From Trichodelitschia bisporula (taxonomy: Eukaryota), in NCBI GenBank assembly GCA_010356995.1, contig ML996702.1:248001-312000 (forward strand): a stretch of 64,000 bases of DNA, written 5' to 3'. The notes under the pieces are model-generated. The model was not told the DNA's origin, searched no databases, and saw only the letters and a program-made list of their open reading frames with translations. Positions 1 to 11,137 of this stretch are shown here, piece by piece; within the stretch, counting starts at the first letter, position 1; every line of letters begins with the position of its first letter. Made by a program: the position numbers and the translations under genes.

Positions 1-1247
1 CCGGCACGGTCACGAGACACCGCATCTACAAGCAGATTTCACGGCTGACGCCGGATGAGAAGGAGAGTGGGCGGTTTAGCCAGCACTTGTTGTGTAACCC
101 GTGTGGTGATCATGTGCGCAAGTATCACTGTGCGCGGCCGAGGGAGCGCTGGGATAAGAGCGAGAAGGAAAAGACGAAGAAGAAGAGGAGTCGCGGGAAG
201 GCGAAGGTTGATGCTGCGCCGACGTCTGATGTGGCCCCTGACTTCGGTACGCCGTTTTTCACGGATCCGGTCGCGGGGCCGCCGGGCGTGCATTACCCTC
301 CTCCGCACACTATGTTCGTCCAGACGCCTGCGCCGGGCCCGCCCCCGCCGTTCTCCGACTTCGGGCCGTATAACCCCGCGCCGAACCCGGTGCAGCAGGG
401 CGCGACTCTGACGGAGGAACTCCGCCGTGTAACGGCGGAAGCGCCTACCGTGGTCGGGAGCCAGAGTTCACCGATCGAGATTGCGGATCAATCCCCAAAG
501 TCAACGAAGCGTCTGCTGTTTCCGTCGCCGCGGCGCGCAGGCGAGTTTAAGGTGCTGGATGATCGGCCGGTGCCGGGGAAGGAGGCGTCGCTCTTTTCGT
601 CGCCGGGGGCCACGGAGACGGTACTTGACGAGGGTGCGCCGGCGGAGTCTACGCAGGATCAGAATACCGAGAACGCAACGGACAAGCCGACTACGCCAAC
701 CGAGCGTCCTTCCACTGCGCCTCCTGCGACACCCTCCCCTCGGACCGCCCGCGCCACACGTACTCCTCCGCCGCCGGCTGATGACCCAGACAACGCAACA
801 GACAAAGAAAACGAGCCCCCTACCCTCTCAGACGACGACATGGCCAGCCTCTTCGGAAACTACATGCACTCACCCCTCAAATACACCGGGCGCACGCCCC
901 CCTTCAGCCACCTCAAAGACCTCCTCCGCACCCCCACCCCACGCAAAACGCGCAGTCCGGGCTCTGGCAAGGGGGGCGCGCCGTTGTGGCTGGACTGGGA
1001 GGGCGAGTCGTTAACGCCCAGCAAACTGCATTTCAGTCCTAGGACCTTGGCGATGTGGGATGCGTTGCGGGAGGGGGGCGGGTTGGAGGAGGCTGGTCTT
1101 GGGGGGGCGGGGTTTTCTCTTTGGGAGGATGGGACGGCGACGGTGGGGGGGATTGAGGAGGGGGGGGCGTTGGTTACGCCTGGGGAGGAGGAGTTTCGGA
1201 GGGACTTTGAGGCGGAGATGATGAGGCAGGATCGGGAGGGGGAGTAG
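1..1247 (+). CDS. 3' part of a GATA-type zinc-finger transcription factor (Ams2/Spt21-like), 5' end outside the window
   Basis: The frame is open from position 3 (GTVTRHRIYKQ...QHLLCNPCG). LCNPCG is the second Cys pair of a GATA finger, followed by a basic stretch and a long S/T/P-rich tail. Stop TAG at 1245-1247. The family assignment is inferred from this architecture. Confidence 0.6.
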   Translation, partial: GTVTRHRIYKQISRLTPDEKESGRFSQHLLCNPCGDHVRKYHCARPRERWDKSEKEKTKKKRSRGKAKVDAAPTSDVAPDFGTPFFTDPVAGPPGVHYPPPHTMFVQTPAPGPPPPFSDFGPYNPAPNPVQQGATLTEELRRVTAEAPTVVGSQSSPIEIADQSPKSTKRLLFPSPRRAGEFKVLDDRPVPGKEASLFSSPGATETVLDEGAPAESTQDQNTENATDKPTTPTERPSTAPPATPSPRTARATRTPPPPADDPDNATDKENEPPTLSDDDMASLFGNYMHSPLKYTGRTPPFSHLKDLLRTPTPRKTRSPGSGKGGAPLWLDWEGESLTPSKLHFSPRTLAMWDALREGGGLEEAGLGGAGFSLWEDGTATVGGIEEGGALVTPGEEEFRRDFEAEMMRQDREGE

Positions 1248-2063
1248 GGGGCTTACTGGATTGTGTGGGTTTAGGCATGGCGTGGGTTGATATCCTGCAT
1301 GGGGCGGAGGGCGTTTGCATTAAGGTTGCTGGAGTGTGGGGTTCTATGTTGTATGCTGTATGATGGGCTCGCGTGTTGCGGGCGGGATAGGGCCGGGTAA
1401 GGTTTGATGCCGATGGGTCGGCTGCTATGTAGATTATGGAATGTGATGAGTATCATGCTATCCGTGGACGTTCGCAACTGCTTTACCCTGAAAGCCTTTC
1501 CCCTAACCGCTCCTCCGCCTTAGCATCCCTCCTACCCCGTCTACCCCAGTGTCCATCCTCCCCAACCCTAACCTACACCCTAGCCCGTCCCTCGAACGCG
1601 CCACCCCGGCACATGGCGAGCGGACTGCGCGGGACAGCTCATCCCCCGCATCACGTGCGTGCCACGCAGGTCAAACCCACACCATCCCTCCCATGGGGGC
1701 ACTACGATACAGCCGAGCTGTCACGCCGCGGAGGAATGGTACGGACCTCACAGGCCCGGGTCAAGGCGTTGGGGTGTGGGTGCCTAATCTGTTGCCTATG
1801 GCTGGCAGGCAGGAAGCTAGGCGGCAGCCTGGTCGGGGTTGGAAGGGCTGGCGAGGCGGGGGGGTGGGCTCTAAGCAGGACCTGCATGAGGGATATTCTG
1901 ATATTGATAAGCGAGGCTTTCGGGGGATGGGTGGTGCAGCATCATGACATTGAGCTCGTTTGGCAATTTAGATACAAAGCATGAAGAACGCAGGAAAGAA
2001 GACAATTTGAAAACAGTGAAGGCCGTGAGACGGCATATCATGAGCCGTGAAATATCACCACGA

Positions 2064-4430
2064 CTAGCCCAGCACCAGATCGATCCACTCTAGCTCCTGG
2101 TCTTCCCAGTAATCCTTCACGACGTAGCCGACACCTTTCCGATAAGCGATCCCGTCTTTCCATTGGATGCAGAGCACACCGTAGTACTCAACACCGCCGT
2201 TGGATTTCGGCCACAATGCCTCTACGGGTGTGAAACCGATGCGGAAGAGATATGAAATTTTGCCAAGTTCGGAGCATGTCGTGCCATATCCCCGAACTAT
2301 CTCCACGAGCTCGATTCGTTCGTGAGTACCATTCTCCCCCCAGTCCAAGACTTCTTCGCCGGATGGCGGGTCATGAGGGGCAAGTAGCCCGAGCCAATAA
2401 CCATCTGAATCGAAAGGCGCCATAGCGGCAGGATTTTCATTCCAGCTAGAATTAATCGTGGACGGGTATCCCCTAAACGTGGTAGCTTTGTTTGCCCAGC
2501 CTCTTCGGGTTCGACCAGAGATCAACCGAGCCTGGATAATAGGTATTGATGGCGGAGCTGTGTCTTCTGGAACTGGAACAGGATGCCAATAGGTGCTCTC
2601 AGGGTCGGACTCATGCTTGTAAAAACATTTCATTGTTTCGTGGGCTTCCGGTTCCAGCCTGGGGTGTCTGCGGTAAAAGCCACAGGAGTCGGTTTCAAGC
2701 AGATAGCGAGTCCAGCCCTTGGGGCAAGGGGTTGAGGTGTTGTTGCGGAATTGCTGTCTCCAGGCGTACCATTCGGCATCGATTGGGTGTTGAGTCGAGT
2801 TGCTTTCAGCTTGCCAGTGCCATTTTACCAACGGCTCCACATGTCTGCGGAGCATAGTGCTTCCATCGTTCCATCTGCGCTCAAAAAGGTCTTGCCTATA
2901 ACCAAAGTGCTGTAGTCCGCCTGGTTCGAAACTGCCACTAGGTCCATACCCTCCCATCCAACTCCAGCTCGGAAAAAGGGGCCCGGTGGAGTCCAGTCCA
3001 GGGGCGGGAACACAACAGCGTCGTCGGCGCAGCCCATTCATTGGCCAGCGAGGCTCCCATAGCAGAGACAGATCGAAGGACACTACCGGAAGCCCAGATA
3101 TGAAGCCCCCTTTGAAAGAGTAAGACAGCACCGAGGCGATACCAGAAAATGCTCTGATGATATCCTCGGAGTTTGTGAGCTCTCTCCTGCTGTACCTAGA
3201 GACAAGTTCCGAATACAGCGCAGGTTTGGGGATACGATGTTCAAACATGCTTCGGAACAGGAAAGGAGGGTGTCCATAACAGGCCGCACCTGAGGTGTTG
3301 TCACTCAGGGTCGAGTCCCTCAGGTTCCAGTTGTCGTGGTTCTCTTGCCAACGGCACTCGTTGCATTCCCAATAAGCGCGTGTGGACTTTGGGGAGCCTG
3401 GGTAACTAAGGAACTCCGGGGGCTTAGTATTGGAAAAGACCAGCCGTCTCCGGGAAAAAAGCCATTCTTGAAATGTCCAGCCTCGTGTGTTCCATAGAGA
3501 TGTATCCAGTTTAAAATTGGCGTCTTTGATGATCTTCAGCCCACCAACCTCACATGTTTGGGGTGGGAGTGACCTTGACGGCGATACGCCCTTCAATCCA
3601 CGGAAACCGTCGAATGCGCTTTCCCCGTTCGCGCATATGATGGTCACCGAGGCATTCGCATATATCAACGCCATTTGCCCCAACTCTTCCTGCTTCTGGG
3701 TTTCTTTCTGATCTTGCACAATGCACAAGGCATCGACCCAGAGGTATTGCTCCCCCAACATTTCCGTCAGAACCATAGCTCGACGTATGGTGTCCGGAAC
3801 GGCGAAATTCTTATTTGACTCTGACAGCGCATCCACGACGCACAGAAGCTTGGCCAGGTCGCTTTGATGAGTGGTCCGAAACTCCTTCTTGCCCCAAACG
3901 TAACTCAGGGCGACATAGCTCTTAGCCACATTTCCAGGGATCAGGCATTTTAGCCAAACATCCACGAGCAAGGCCGGTCGAAATCCGAGAGCCCAAGGGG
4001 CTAACAATACTTGACATTTGACACCGTGTTCCCGATCGCACGTCGATTTCCAGCGATACGGTAGGCTATCATCAATCCAGTCGACATCGATTTCGCGATG
4101 TTGGAGTCGGCCTGGCGACTCTTCAGTTTTATGAGGGCAGAGAGGTACCAGAGGGGGGCCTATCAGTTCAAGATGCTCAACAGTACGAAGCTTCACAAGA
4201 CGTCGCACAGTAGGCTTAACCGAGATGATTGGCACATAACCGAATCCTTCGATATCACGACTCATGAGGAAAAGCGACCTGTCATCCGAAAGCGGAGTAC
4301 CGTCCGTTGGGATATGCTCTGCGAGGAAGGGCTTGTGCACCTCGCACGGGCTCGACATGATTTCCAGCAGGCCACCAAGGACTTTATCCGGAGCCCATTC
4401 AGGGCGGGGCGTATTAATGAAGACATCCAT
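2064..4430 (-). CDS. HET (heterokaryon incompatibility) domain protein; probably extends upstream through a further exon (see findings)
   Basis: 788-aa ORF with HET-family motifs YVALSYVWG, YLWVDALCIVQD, MALIYANASVTI, WNTRGWTFQEWLFSRRRLVF, YSRRELTNSED..RAFSGI and PSWSW. Confidence 0.9.
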   Translation of the reverse strand: MDVFINTPRPEWAPDKVLGGLLEIMSSPCEVHKPFLAEHIPTDGTPLSDDRSLFLMSRDIEGFGYVPIISVKPTVRRLVKLRTVEHLELIGPPLVPLCPHKTEESPGRLQHREIDVDWIDDSLPYRWKSTCDREHGVKCQVLLAPWALGFRPALLVDVWLKCLIPGNVAKSYVALSYVWGKKEFRTTHQSDLAKLLCVVDALSESNKNFAVPDTIRRAMVLTEMLGEQYLWVDALCIVQDQKETQKQEELGQMALIYANASVTIICANGESAFDGFRGLKGVSPSRSLPPQTCEVGGLKIIKDANFKLDTSLWNTRGWTFQEWLFSRRRLVFSNTKPPEFLSYPGSPKSTRAYWECNECRWQENHDNWNLRDSTLSDNTSGAACYGHPPFLFRSMFEHRIPKPALYSELVSRYSRRELTNSEDIIRAFSGIASVLSYSFKGGFISGLPVVSFDLSLLWEPRWPMNGLRRRRCCVPAPGLDSTGPLFPSWSWMGGYGPSGSFEPGGLQHFGYRQDLFERRWNDGSTMLRRHVEPLVKWHWQAESNSTQHPIDAEWYAWRQQFRNNTSTPCPKGWTRYLLETDSCGFYRRHPRLEPEAHETMKCFYKHESDPESTYWHPVPVPEDTAPPSIPIIQARLISGRTRRGWANKATTFRGYPSTINSSWNENPAAMAPFDSDGYWLGLLAPHDPPSGEEVLDWGENGTHERIELVEIVRGYGTTCSELGKISYLFRIGFTPVEALWPKSNGGVEYYGVLCIQWKDGIAYRKGVGYVVKDYWEDQELEWIDLVLG

Positions 4431-5729
4431 TAGGATGAGGCAAATTTTGCATTGCCCCTGGTTACTATAAACGTCCGTAAGACCATAAACTCTTCCTACT
4501 TACCGTATATGTCAAGAGTTCCAACGCCTTTTCCCGGCAAATCTCGCACGCCACCGGATCAGCCTTGGACCCGGACCCAGAACTGATGGTAGCGAAGACG
4601 GGATGAGAAGGTATATTGAGTGAGTGCGGAAGGTCCACTCCGGTCTTTGTTTTCCCCTTTGCCTTTCCCTTCCCGGCTGGGGCTCGTTTCGCAGGAGCCT
4701 TCTTGACAGTAGCCGTCGCGATCCGAGGCTGCTTGGCCGGAGCCCCCTTGGAAGCCGCAGCGGCGGCTCCAGTAATCGCGGCTCGGGTCCGTTTAGCTGA
4801 ACCCCCATGGGAAGTCGCAGTGCGTCGCTTCGAGTCGATTATCACTGCGCTCGCATCGTCATTTTCCTCACCGTCGTAACGGGCATGAGCGTCTCGATCG
4901 CCGGCCTCATTGTCGGCTCCATTGTCTCGATTGGCTCAATCCTATCGCCATACTCGGGGTTACCGCCCGAAGGGAACACGGGAGAGCCCCGGCCGGATTC
5001 GGAGGCAGTCCCTAAGGAACGCGCCACTGGACCAGCACCGGACCCAGATCCAGGCCCAGAGTTGATAGTAGTGAGGACACTGTGAGTAAACATGCTGAAT
5101 GAGTGCGGAAGGTGGTGGTAATGAAAATCTTGAGAAAGTCTGCGGACGAGGCTGCGTGGCTCCGGTGTCCGCCAGCTCAGTACGCATTATGTCAGCTGGG
5201 ACTACTATGCACCACCTCACGAAGGCCTAGACTGATCTCGAGGCGCACTTCCACACCACAGCCACGTACGTTGTACTTCCTCTTCGGGCTGCAACTCCTG
5301 CGACCGGTAAGTATTGTGCTTGTCTGCCATCTAAGAGGTTTAGTAAAGGGTTTTAAAGAGTTTTTTATGCCGATGCCAGCTCTAGTACATGTTACACAGT
5401 ACACTACTAAGGTTACTATCGCCATCAAAGATATCATTGGATGCTGGTGGATGCAACGGGTGATGATAGCTCTAACCGAAGGCACTGGAGCCATTATGCC
5501 ATATTGAAGAAATAGCCGATTATCCATTGTAGCGGATTGTGTTGTGGACTCATACTGTATCAAAGAAGCGAATGCAAAGTTGTTGTTGTTTGATGCAGCG
5601 AGGGAAGTGTCCCCTCCCAACTTCCCCGCGCTTGCTGGACCGTGCACAACCTCCCCCCTCCACCACCGCCTCAACCTCCACCTCCACAACACAAGCTCCA
5701 CCAGCCCTCCCCCACCCTACCCCGGCATC

Positions 5730-6754
5730 ATGGAGTCATTAACCACCTGGGGTACGTGTATCTTCATGTCTCCTCACCCACTAACAGCCCAGAGCTCGAA
5801 AACGCCATCGGCCTCGTCGACCCCATCCGCGACGCCCTCTACACCTACTCCGCCTCCCAGCAACGCGCAATAAACGACCAAAAGCCCTGGCGCACAAATC
5901 CCCACTACTTCCAAAACGTGCGCATCAGCGCCGTCGCCCTCCTCAAAATGGTCACCCACGCCAGAGCCGGCGGCGCCATCGAAGTCATGGGCCTGATGCA
6001 GGGCCATGTGCAGGGCGACACGTTTGTCGTGACCGATGCCTTCCGCCTACCGGTTGAGGGGACGGAAACGAGGGTTAATGCGCAGGATGATGCGAATGAG
6101 TATATGGTCAAGTACCTGGAGCTCGCACGTGAGAATAATCAGCCGGAGAATGTGGTCGGGTGGTATCACTCGCATCCCGGGTATGGGTGCTGGTTGTCCG
6201 GCATCGACGTCAGCACCCAGGCCCTGCAGCAGCAATTCCAAGACCCGTTCGTCGCGGTCGTAATCGACCCGGATCGCACCATCAGCGCGGGCAAAGTCGA
6301 AATCGGCGCCTTCCGCACCTTCCCCGAGGACTACAAGCCTGCCGGCGAAGCGGGCACATCGGACGCCGATGGCTTCCAGACCATCCCCGTGGACAAGATG
6401 CAGGACTTTGGCGCGCACAGCGAGCGCTACTACAGCCTCGATGTGTCGCACTTCAAGTCCAGCCTCGACTCGGCCCTGCTCGTGGCCCTTTGGAACAAGT
6501 ATTGGATCGGCACACTCTCGGCCAATCCCCTGGCTGCGAATCGCGACTTTTCGAACCGTCAGATGAAGGAACTGGCGCGACTTATTAGCGATGCGGAGAC
6601 GGCGCATGGGTCGGGTTCCAAGGTGCCGGGGCGCACGCTGGATGCGAAGTTGGAGAAGATTGCGAAGACGAGTCGCATGGTGGCGGTTGAGGAGCGTGCG
6701 GGCATGGTTGCTACGCTGGTCAAGGAACGCGTGTTCCGCGCGCCTGAGATTTAG
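5730..6754 (+). CDS. CSN5: COP9 signalosome subunit 5 (JAMM/MPN+ deneddylase)
   Basis: ATG at 5730 and intron 5752-5792 (GTACGT...CTAAC...CAG) give MESLTTWELENAI. Motifs [30 protein letters not shown] and [21 protein letters not shown]. Confidence 0.96.
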
Positions 6755-6974
6755 ACGCGGGCATTGGCGGAGTTTGGGCAAGGGGAGTTTACGGGCATCA
6801 TGAATTGCAATGGGTAGAAGGCGTTGGCTGGTTGAGCAGTAAAAATCATCATGTTACGTTCCGTCGCCTGAGACCGCGCCATACGTGTACAAGAACCCTA
6901 GCAATCCCCCCCGAAAAAGGCAGCAAGACAAGAAGCAACCTATCCCAAACGCCATCCCATCCAGCCTCTCAACC

Positions 6975-8311
6975 TCAAGCCTTCCTCGCCGCCTCAAAAT
7001 CCATCTCAAAGTCCACCTCCACCTCCGGCGTCTCCACAACCTCAACATCATCCTCCTCCTCCGCCCCCGCCTCCGTATCCGCACTCTCATACCACTCACT
7101 CCCCTCAACCCACCCAACAACCAACCCCTTCGCCATCTCACTCATAGCATAATACCCCGGATTCTCCCTCGGCGCGAACATCCCACAATGCGCCCCCGTC
7201 TCCGCCGTCGCCCGCCCATTCTCCGCCGGCACCCAGCACTTCCTCTGATTATCCCCCGTCGGCAACAGGCAAAACGTGCGCTCCGCCCCCGTCACCCCGG
7301 TGTACCACCCGCTCTTCCCCTCCACCGCCGCCCCCAGCGTGGTATACACGTTCGCAAACCCCAGCCCGGCGTCTGTTAGCGACATTATGGAGTTTAGCCG
7401 AGCACGTAGTTCTTCGCCCCGCGCGAGACAGCCCACGAACTCGAGGTGTCCCCCAACCCACTGCCATCCCGCGGACAGTTGTTCGCGCTTCATATACGCC
7501 GCTGCCCCTCCCGCAGCCACCGCCCCGGCAGCGCCTGCAAACATAGCGTACCGGCCCCAGCGCGTCCAGGCCGGCGTCGCGGCGGCATCAGCATCAGGCG
7601 TCTCAGCCGCCGCCGCCGCCGCCGCCGCGGACGTAAGCAACTTCTGCTCCTTCTTCGGTGCCGGGGCCGGCGACGAATTATTCCATCCCAGCACGCCAGC
7701 AACAGACGTATACGCCGTATACGCACTATTCCAATGCCCCTCCGCGCCGTGCGCGACGACACCCGGGGCTATGCCTAAGAAGGGCGTGTCGAAGGTGAGT
7801 AGCGCGGCGATGGACGGGAATGTAGGCGGGAGGTCGGCGGTGGAGGGGAAGGGGGAGACGGGGGGGTCGGTGGTTATGGAGAGGATGGTTTCGGCGGCGA
7901 CGATGCCGCCCATGCTGTGCCCGATGAGCACGGTGCGCACGCCTGGATCTACGGTGGGGCTGGGCGTGTGGTTCGCGACTTCGAGGTCTATGACTTTATT
8001 CTGCAGCCTGTCGGGCACATTAGTCGGACTCGGAGCTCGCATCGATTCGCGCACCATTCTTTGAACCGCGCGACGCATTCCTGCAGATCGCCTTTCGTCT
8101 CAAAGGCCGGGTATTGCACCTGCACGATGTCGATGTGGGGCAGCGCATGGCTGAGTAGCGCGCGGAGGTGCGAGGGGAAGTGCGCGAAGGTGTCGTCGCC
8201 GCCCTGGGGGTGAGTGAGTGAGCTTTAGCGAACGAACTTATGTAGGGAGGGGGCGATGTGAGTGTGTACCTTGAACCCGTGGATGAAAACTAGCAGCAGC
8301 GTCTTCTTCAT
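6975..8311 (-). CDS. Alpha/beta-hydrolase (DUF676/PGAP1-like putative serine esterase), 3 exons
   Basis: Starts MKKTLLLVFIHGFK at 8311, with two short introns. Nucleophile elbow LIGHSMGG, followed by FDTPFLG and a C-terminal AH.GMF. Confidence 0.8.
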
Positions 8312-8547
8312 GGCCGTTTCGGTCGCGCTGCCGTGCGCTCGCCCACGATGCGATGCCGCCGTGTTGGTTTGCGCAGGGTCGGAGGTTCATGCGGGCTTGG
8401 CGGGTGACGTCCCGCCTGCGTGGGGGGGCAAGGGCGGGGGTGAGGGGTTACCCGGTTTTCAGAAGCGAGGTCCCAATGCGGAAGGGGATGATTTTCTAAT
8501 CTGGACGGCGCGCAATCACCGCCTCTTTCTTCCCTCAGCCTTCCTTT

Positions 8548-10147
8548 TCAAGCCCGATTTCGCTCTTGTCTAACGACCTCTTCGGCCGCCTCGACCAGCA
8601 AGTCGAACACGCGGCGCAGGTGATGCTCCTCGACCGCAGGCGTGCCCGCCACGACGCGAATCGCAACAACCCCCTCGACGGTGCTCGAGGTCAGGAAGGC
8701 CTCGCCCTTAGCCGCGATAATATCCGCCACCTTTTTAGTAAGCCGATTCCCCGCCTCGAGGTTCCCATCACCTTTGAAATCCATCACAACGAACGGCCGC
8801 ACCGTTAAGACCGTAAGCGCAAACGCCGGCGGCGTAATGATGAAGAACAGATCACCCCGGCTCTCGACTAGCTCGGCGAACATCTTACCCAGCGTGATAT
8901 GTCGCCGGATATGTGCCCGCAGACCCTCGAGCCCGTAGCTGCGCAGCACGAACCAGATCTTGAGCGCGCGGAATCGGCGGCCCAGCGGGATTTGCCAGTC
9001 GCGGTAGTCGGTCACTAGGCCGGAGTCGGAGAACTCGTTACGCAGGTAGGAGGGTGTGATAGAGAGGGCGCTGGTGAGGTCGGAGCGTTTTTGGATGAAA
9101 AGGCAACTGGGAGGGGGATTAGTGGTCGGAGAGTTAAGAGGAGGGAATAGTACCTGGCGTCGAAATTTGTGAGCAGCCACTTGTGCATATTAAAGTCGAA
9201 GCTGTCGAACGCGCCAAACTGCGCACTGAAATGCTGGTACTCAGGACACACGAGCGCAGCACCCGCGTACGCCGCATCCACATGCACCCAGACATCCGGC
9301 CACTCCTTCAACACCTCCGCGATTTCAGCAAACTGATCCACCGCACACGTCGCCGTAGTCCCCAGGCTGACAGTCAAATAATACGGCACCAAGCCCTCAG
9401 CCTTGCACTCCAGCAGCGCAGCCTTCAGCCCCTCGCCCGTCATCGCAAACTCGTCTTCCAGCCGCACCGTCACGCTTCGAAACTTCGTCCCTGCGATAAT
9501 AGCCCCCTTGTGCGTGCTACTATGCGCCTGGCTGCTCCCAAGCGCAACCAGCCGTCCCCTATACGCATCCTTCACCGCCTCCGCAGCCTCCTCCGTGCAC
9601 CCCTCCGCGCGACGCCTCAACATCCTCTCCCTCGCCGCCACCATAACCGTAACAATCGCCTCACTCGCGGACCCCTGAATAACCCCTCCCCCCTCCCCAC
9701 TCGACAAGAACCCCGCCGGTAAACCAATCGCCTTCGCCACCCAATCCAGCACCACCGTCTCCAACTCCGTAATCGCCGGCGAGCAAAGCCAATTAAACGC
9801 CGGCGCGCTCAGCGCCGCGCTGTACAGTTCCCCCAGTATGGCCGGGTAGGAGCTGTTGCTCGGGAAGAAAGCCATGAAGTTCGGGTGCTGCCAGTGGGTC
9901 AGGCCGGGCATGATGAGCGACTCGATGTCCGGGCGGATCGTGTCCCAGCCTTCGGGCGCGGCGGGCGCGGAGGTGGGCATTTGGGGCGCGAGGTAGCCGG
10001 GCGAGACGGGCGCGACGACAGGACGTGATTCGAGTGTTGCGTGGTAGGATATTACTGCGTGTGTTAGGTGGGATGGGAGGGGGCGGATGCGGACGGACTG
10101 TCTTCGATGGCGGCGTGCGCGGCGGCGCGGAACTGGTCGGCGTTCAT
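8548..10147 (-). CDS. PLP-dependent aromatic-L-amino-acid decarboxylase (group II), 3 exons
   Basis: N-terminus MNADQFRAAAHAAIE (an in-frame upstream ATG lies at 10174). Motifs PGLTHWQHPNFMAFFP, GGGVIQGSASEA, HVDAAYAG, the PLP lysine in NMHKWLL, and DWQIPLGRRFRALKIWFV. Confidence 0.93.
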
Positions 10148-10953
10148 GGCCGTCGGCTTGGGTGGGATGGACATGGCGGCTTTACTGAAGGAGCAGCGAG
10201 GTGTGGAGAAGCTTAGGATGATCGTGAGGGTGGATGCATGAGATTGGAAAGTGGTGTTGCGCGCCCGCCGGTAGCGGAAGGGCGCGGCTAGCCTATCGAT
10301 AAGGCGCGGAACGGTTCCGCTGGTTGCGGGAATCGGTCATCGATGACATCGAAGTACCACCTCACCCGGTACTTATAGCTCCGGTCGCTGCGAGGCTGGG
10401 CAGAAGCCCACATGAAAGGGCAAATTCTCGCACAGTCTTTGCCATTTTCCCCAACTCGATCTTTCTCTTCTCTCTCCATCCACTTTTGTATGATCAGAAC
10501 GTATCAATCTTCTTCATCTAAACAGAAAGGGGCGTGTACGGCGCGGGCCACATCTGCACGACTGGTTATATGCGCAGCGATGACCGCATGGGCCTCTTCT
10601 GCGAGCACCTCCGGTTTGAAGGGCTCCACACGTCCCAGCCAAAATGCACCAGTGACTGAGCGAGCGATACGCTCCTATTCGGACTAAGTCTTTGCTCGCG
10701 CACTCCCTCGTGCACTTCGGTTGGGACGTATGGAGCTCTCTAAACTGGAGAGCGTGGCTCTCTGTCACCACGTATTGTATTGACGAGGAACAAGCAGTCC
10801 GAGCGCCGGAAGCTGCTTTTGGCCCCCCAGCGCCTCACCAGAGCTTGTTTTCATTTCAGGCAGATCGCGCGCAAATGGGTATGGTATTCCCGTCTGTCCC
10901 AAACCTCAATCATGTTTCCGAGGGAACAGGATCATCCGGACGAGGTTCGCAGA

Positions 10954-11137
10954 CGCCGTTACCCGTCTCTAGGTCAGACTCGAGCGCGTTCTTCACTCTC
11001 ACAAACGATTTCTCTGTGAATATCACCAGCATGACGACGTTTCACGCTATGCGTCGTCATGCTAATGGTATAGGCAAGGCAGTCGTTTGTAAGTGTATAG
11101 AAACCGCCGGATTCTGACCCAGAGACGGGTAACGGCG
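10954..11137. repeat. Long imperfect inverted repeat (fold-back), 86-nt arms and 12-nt loop
   Basis: 10954-11039 aligns ungapped with the reverse complement of 11052-11137, about 66/86 identical by hand count. Includes perfect 17-nt (CGCCGTTACCCGTCTCT) and 12-nt (AGCATGACGACG) blocks. Confidence 0.9.

Noticed and set aside
1436..1984. Overlapping ORFs and an intron-like segment between the GATA gene and the HET gene
   Set aside because: Low-complexity translations with no motif or coherent gene model.
5642..5729. Pro-rich N-terminus of the CSN5 ORF in the track
   Set aside because: It begins at a non-ATG codon and reads through the 5' UTR and intron. The spliced start at 5730 fits the family.
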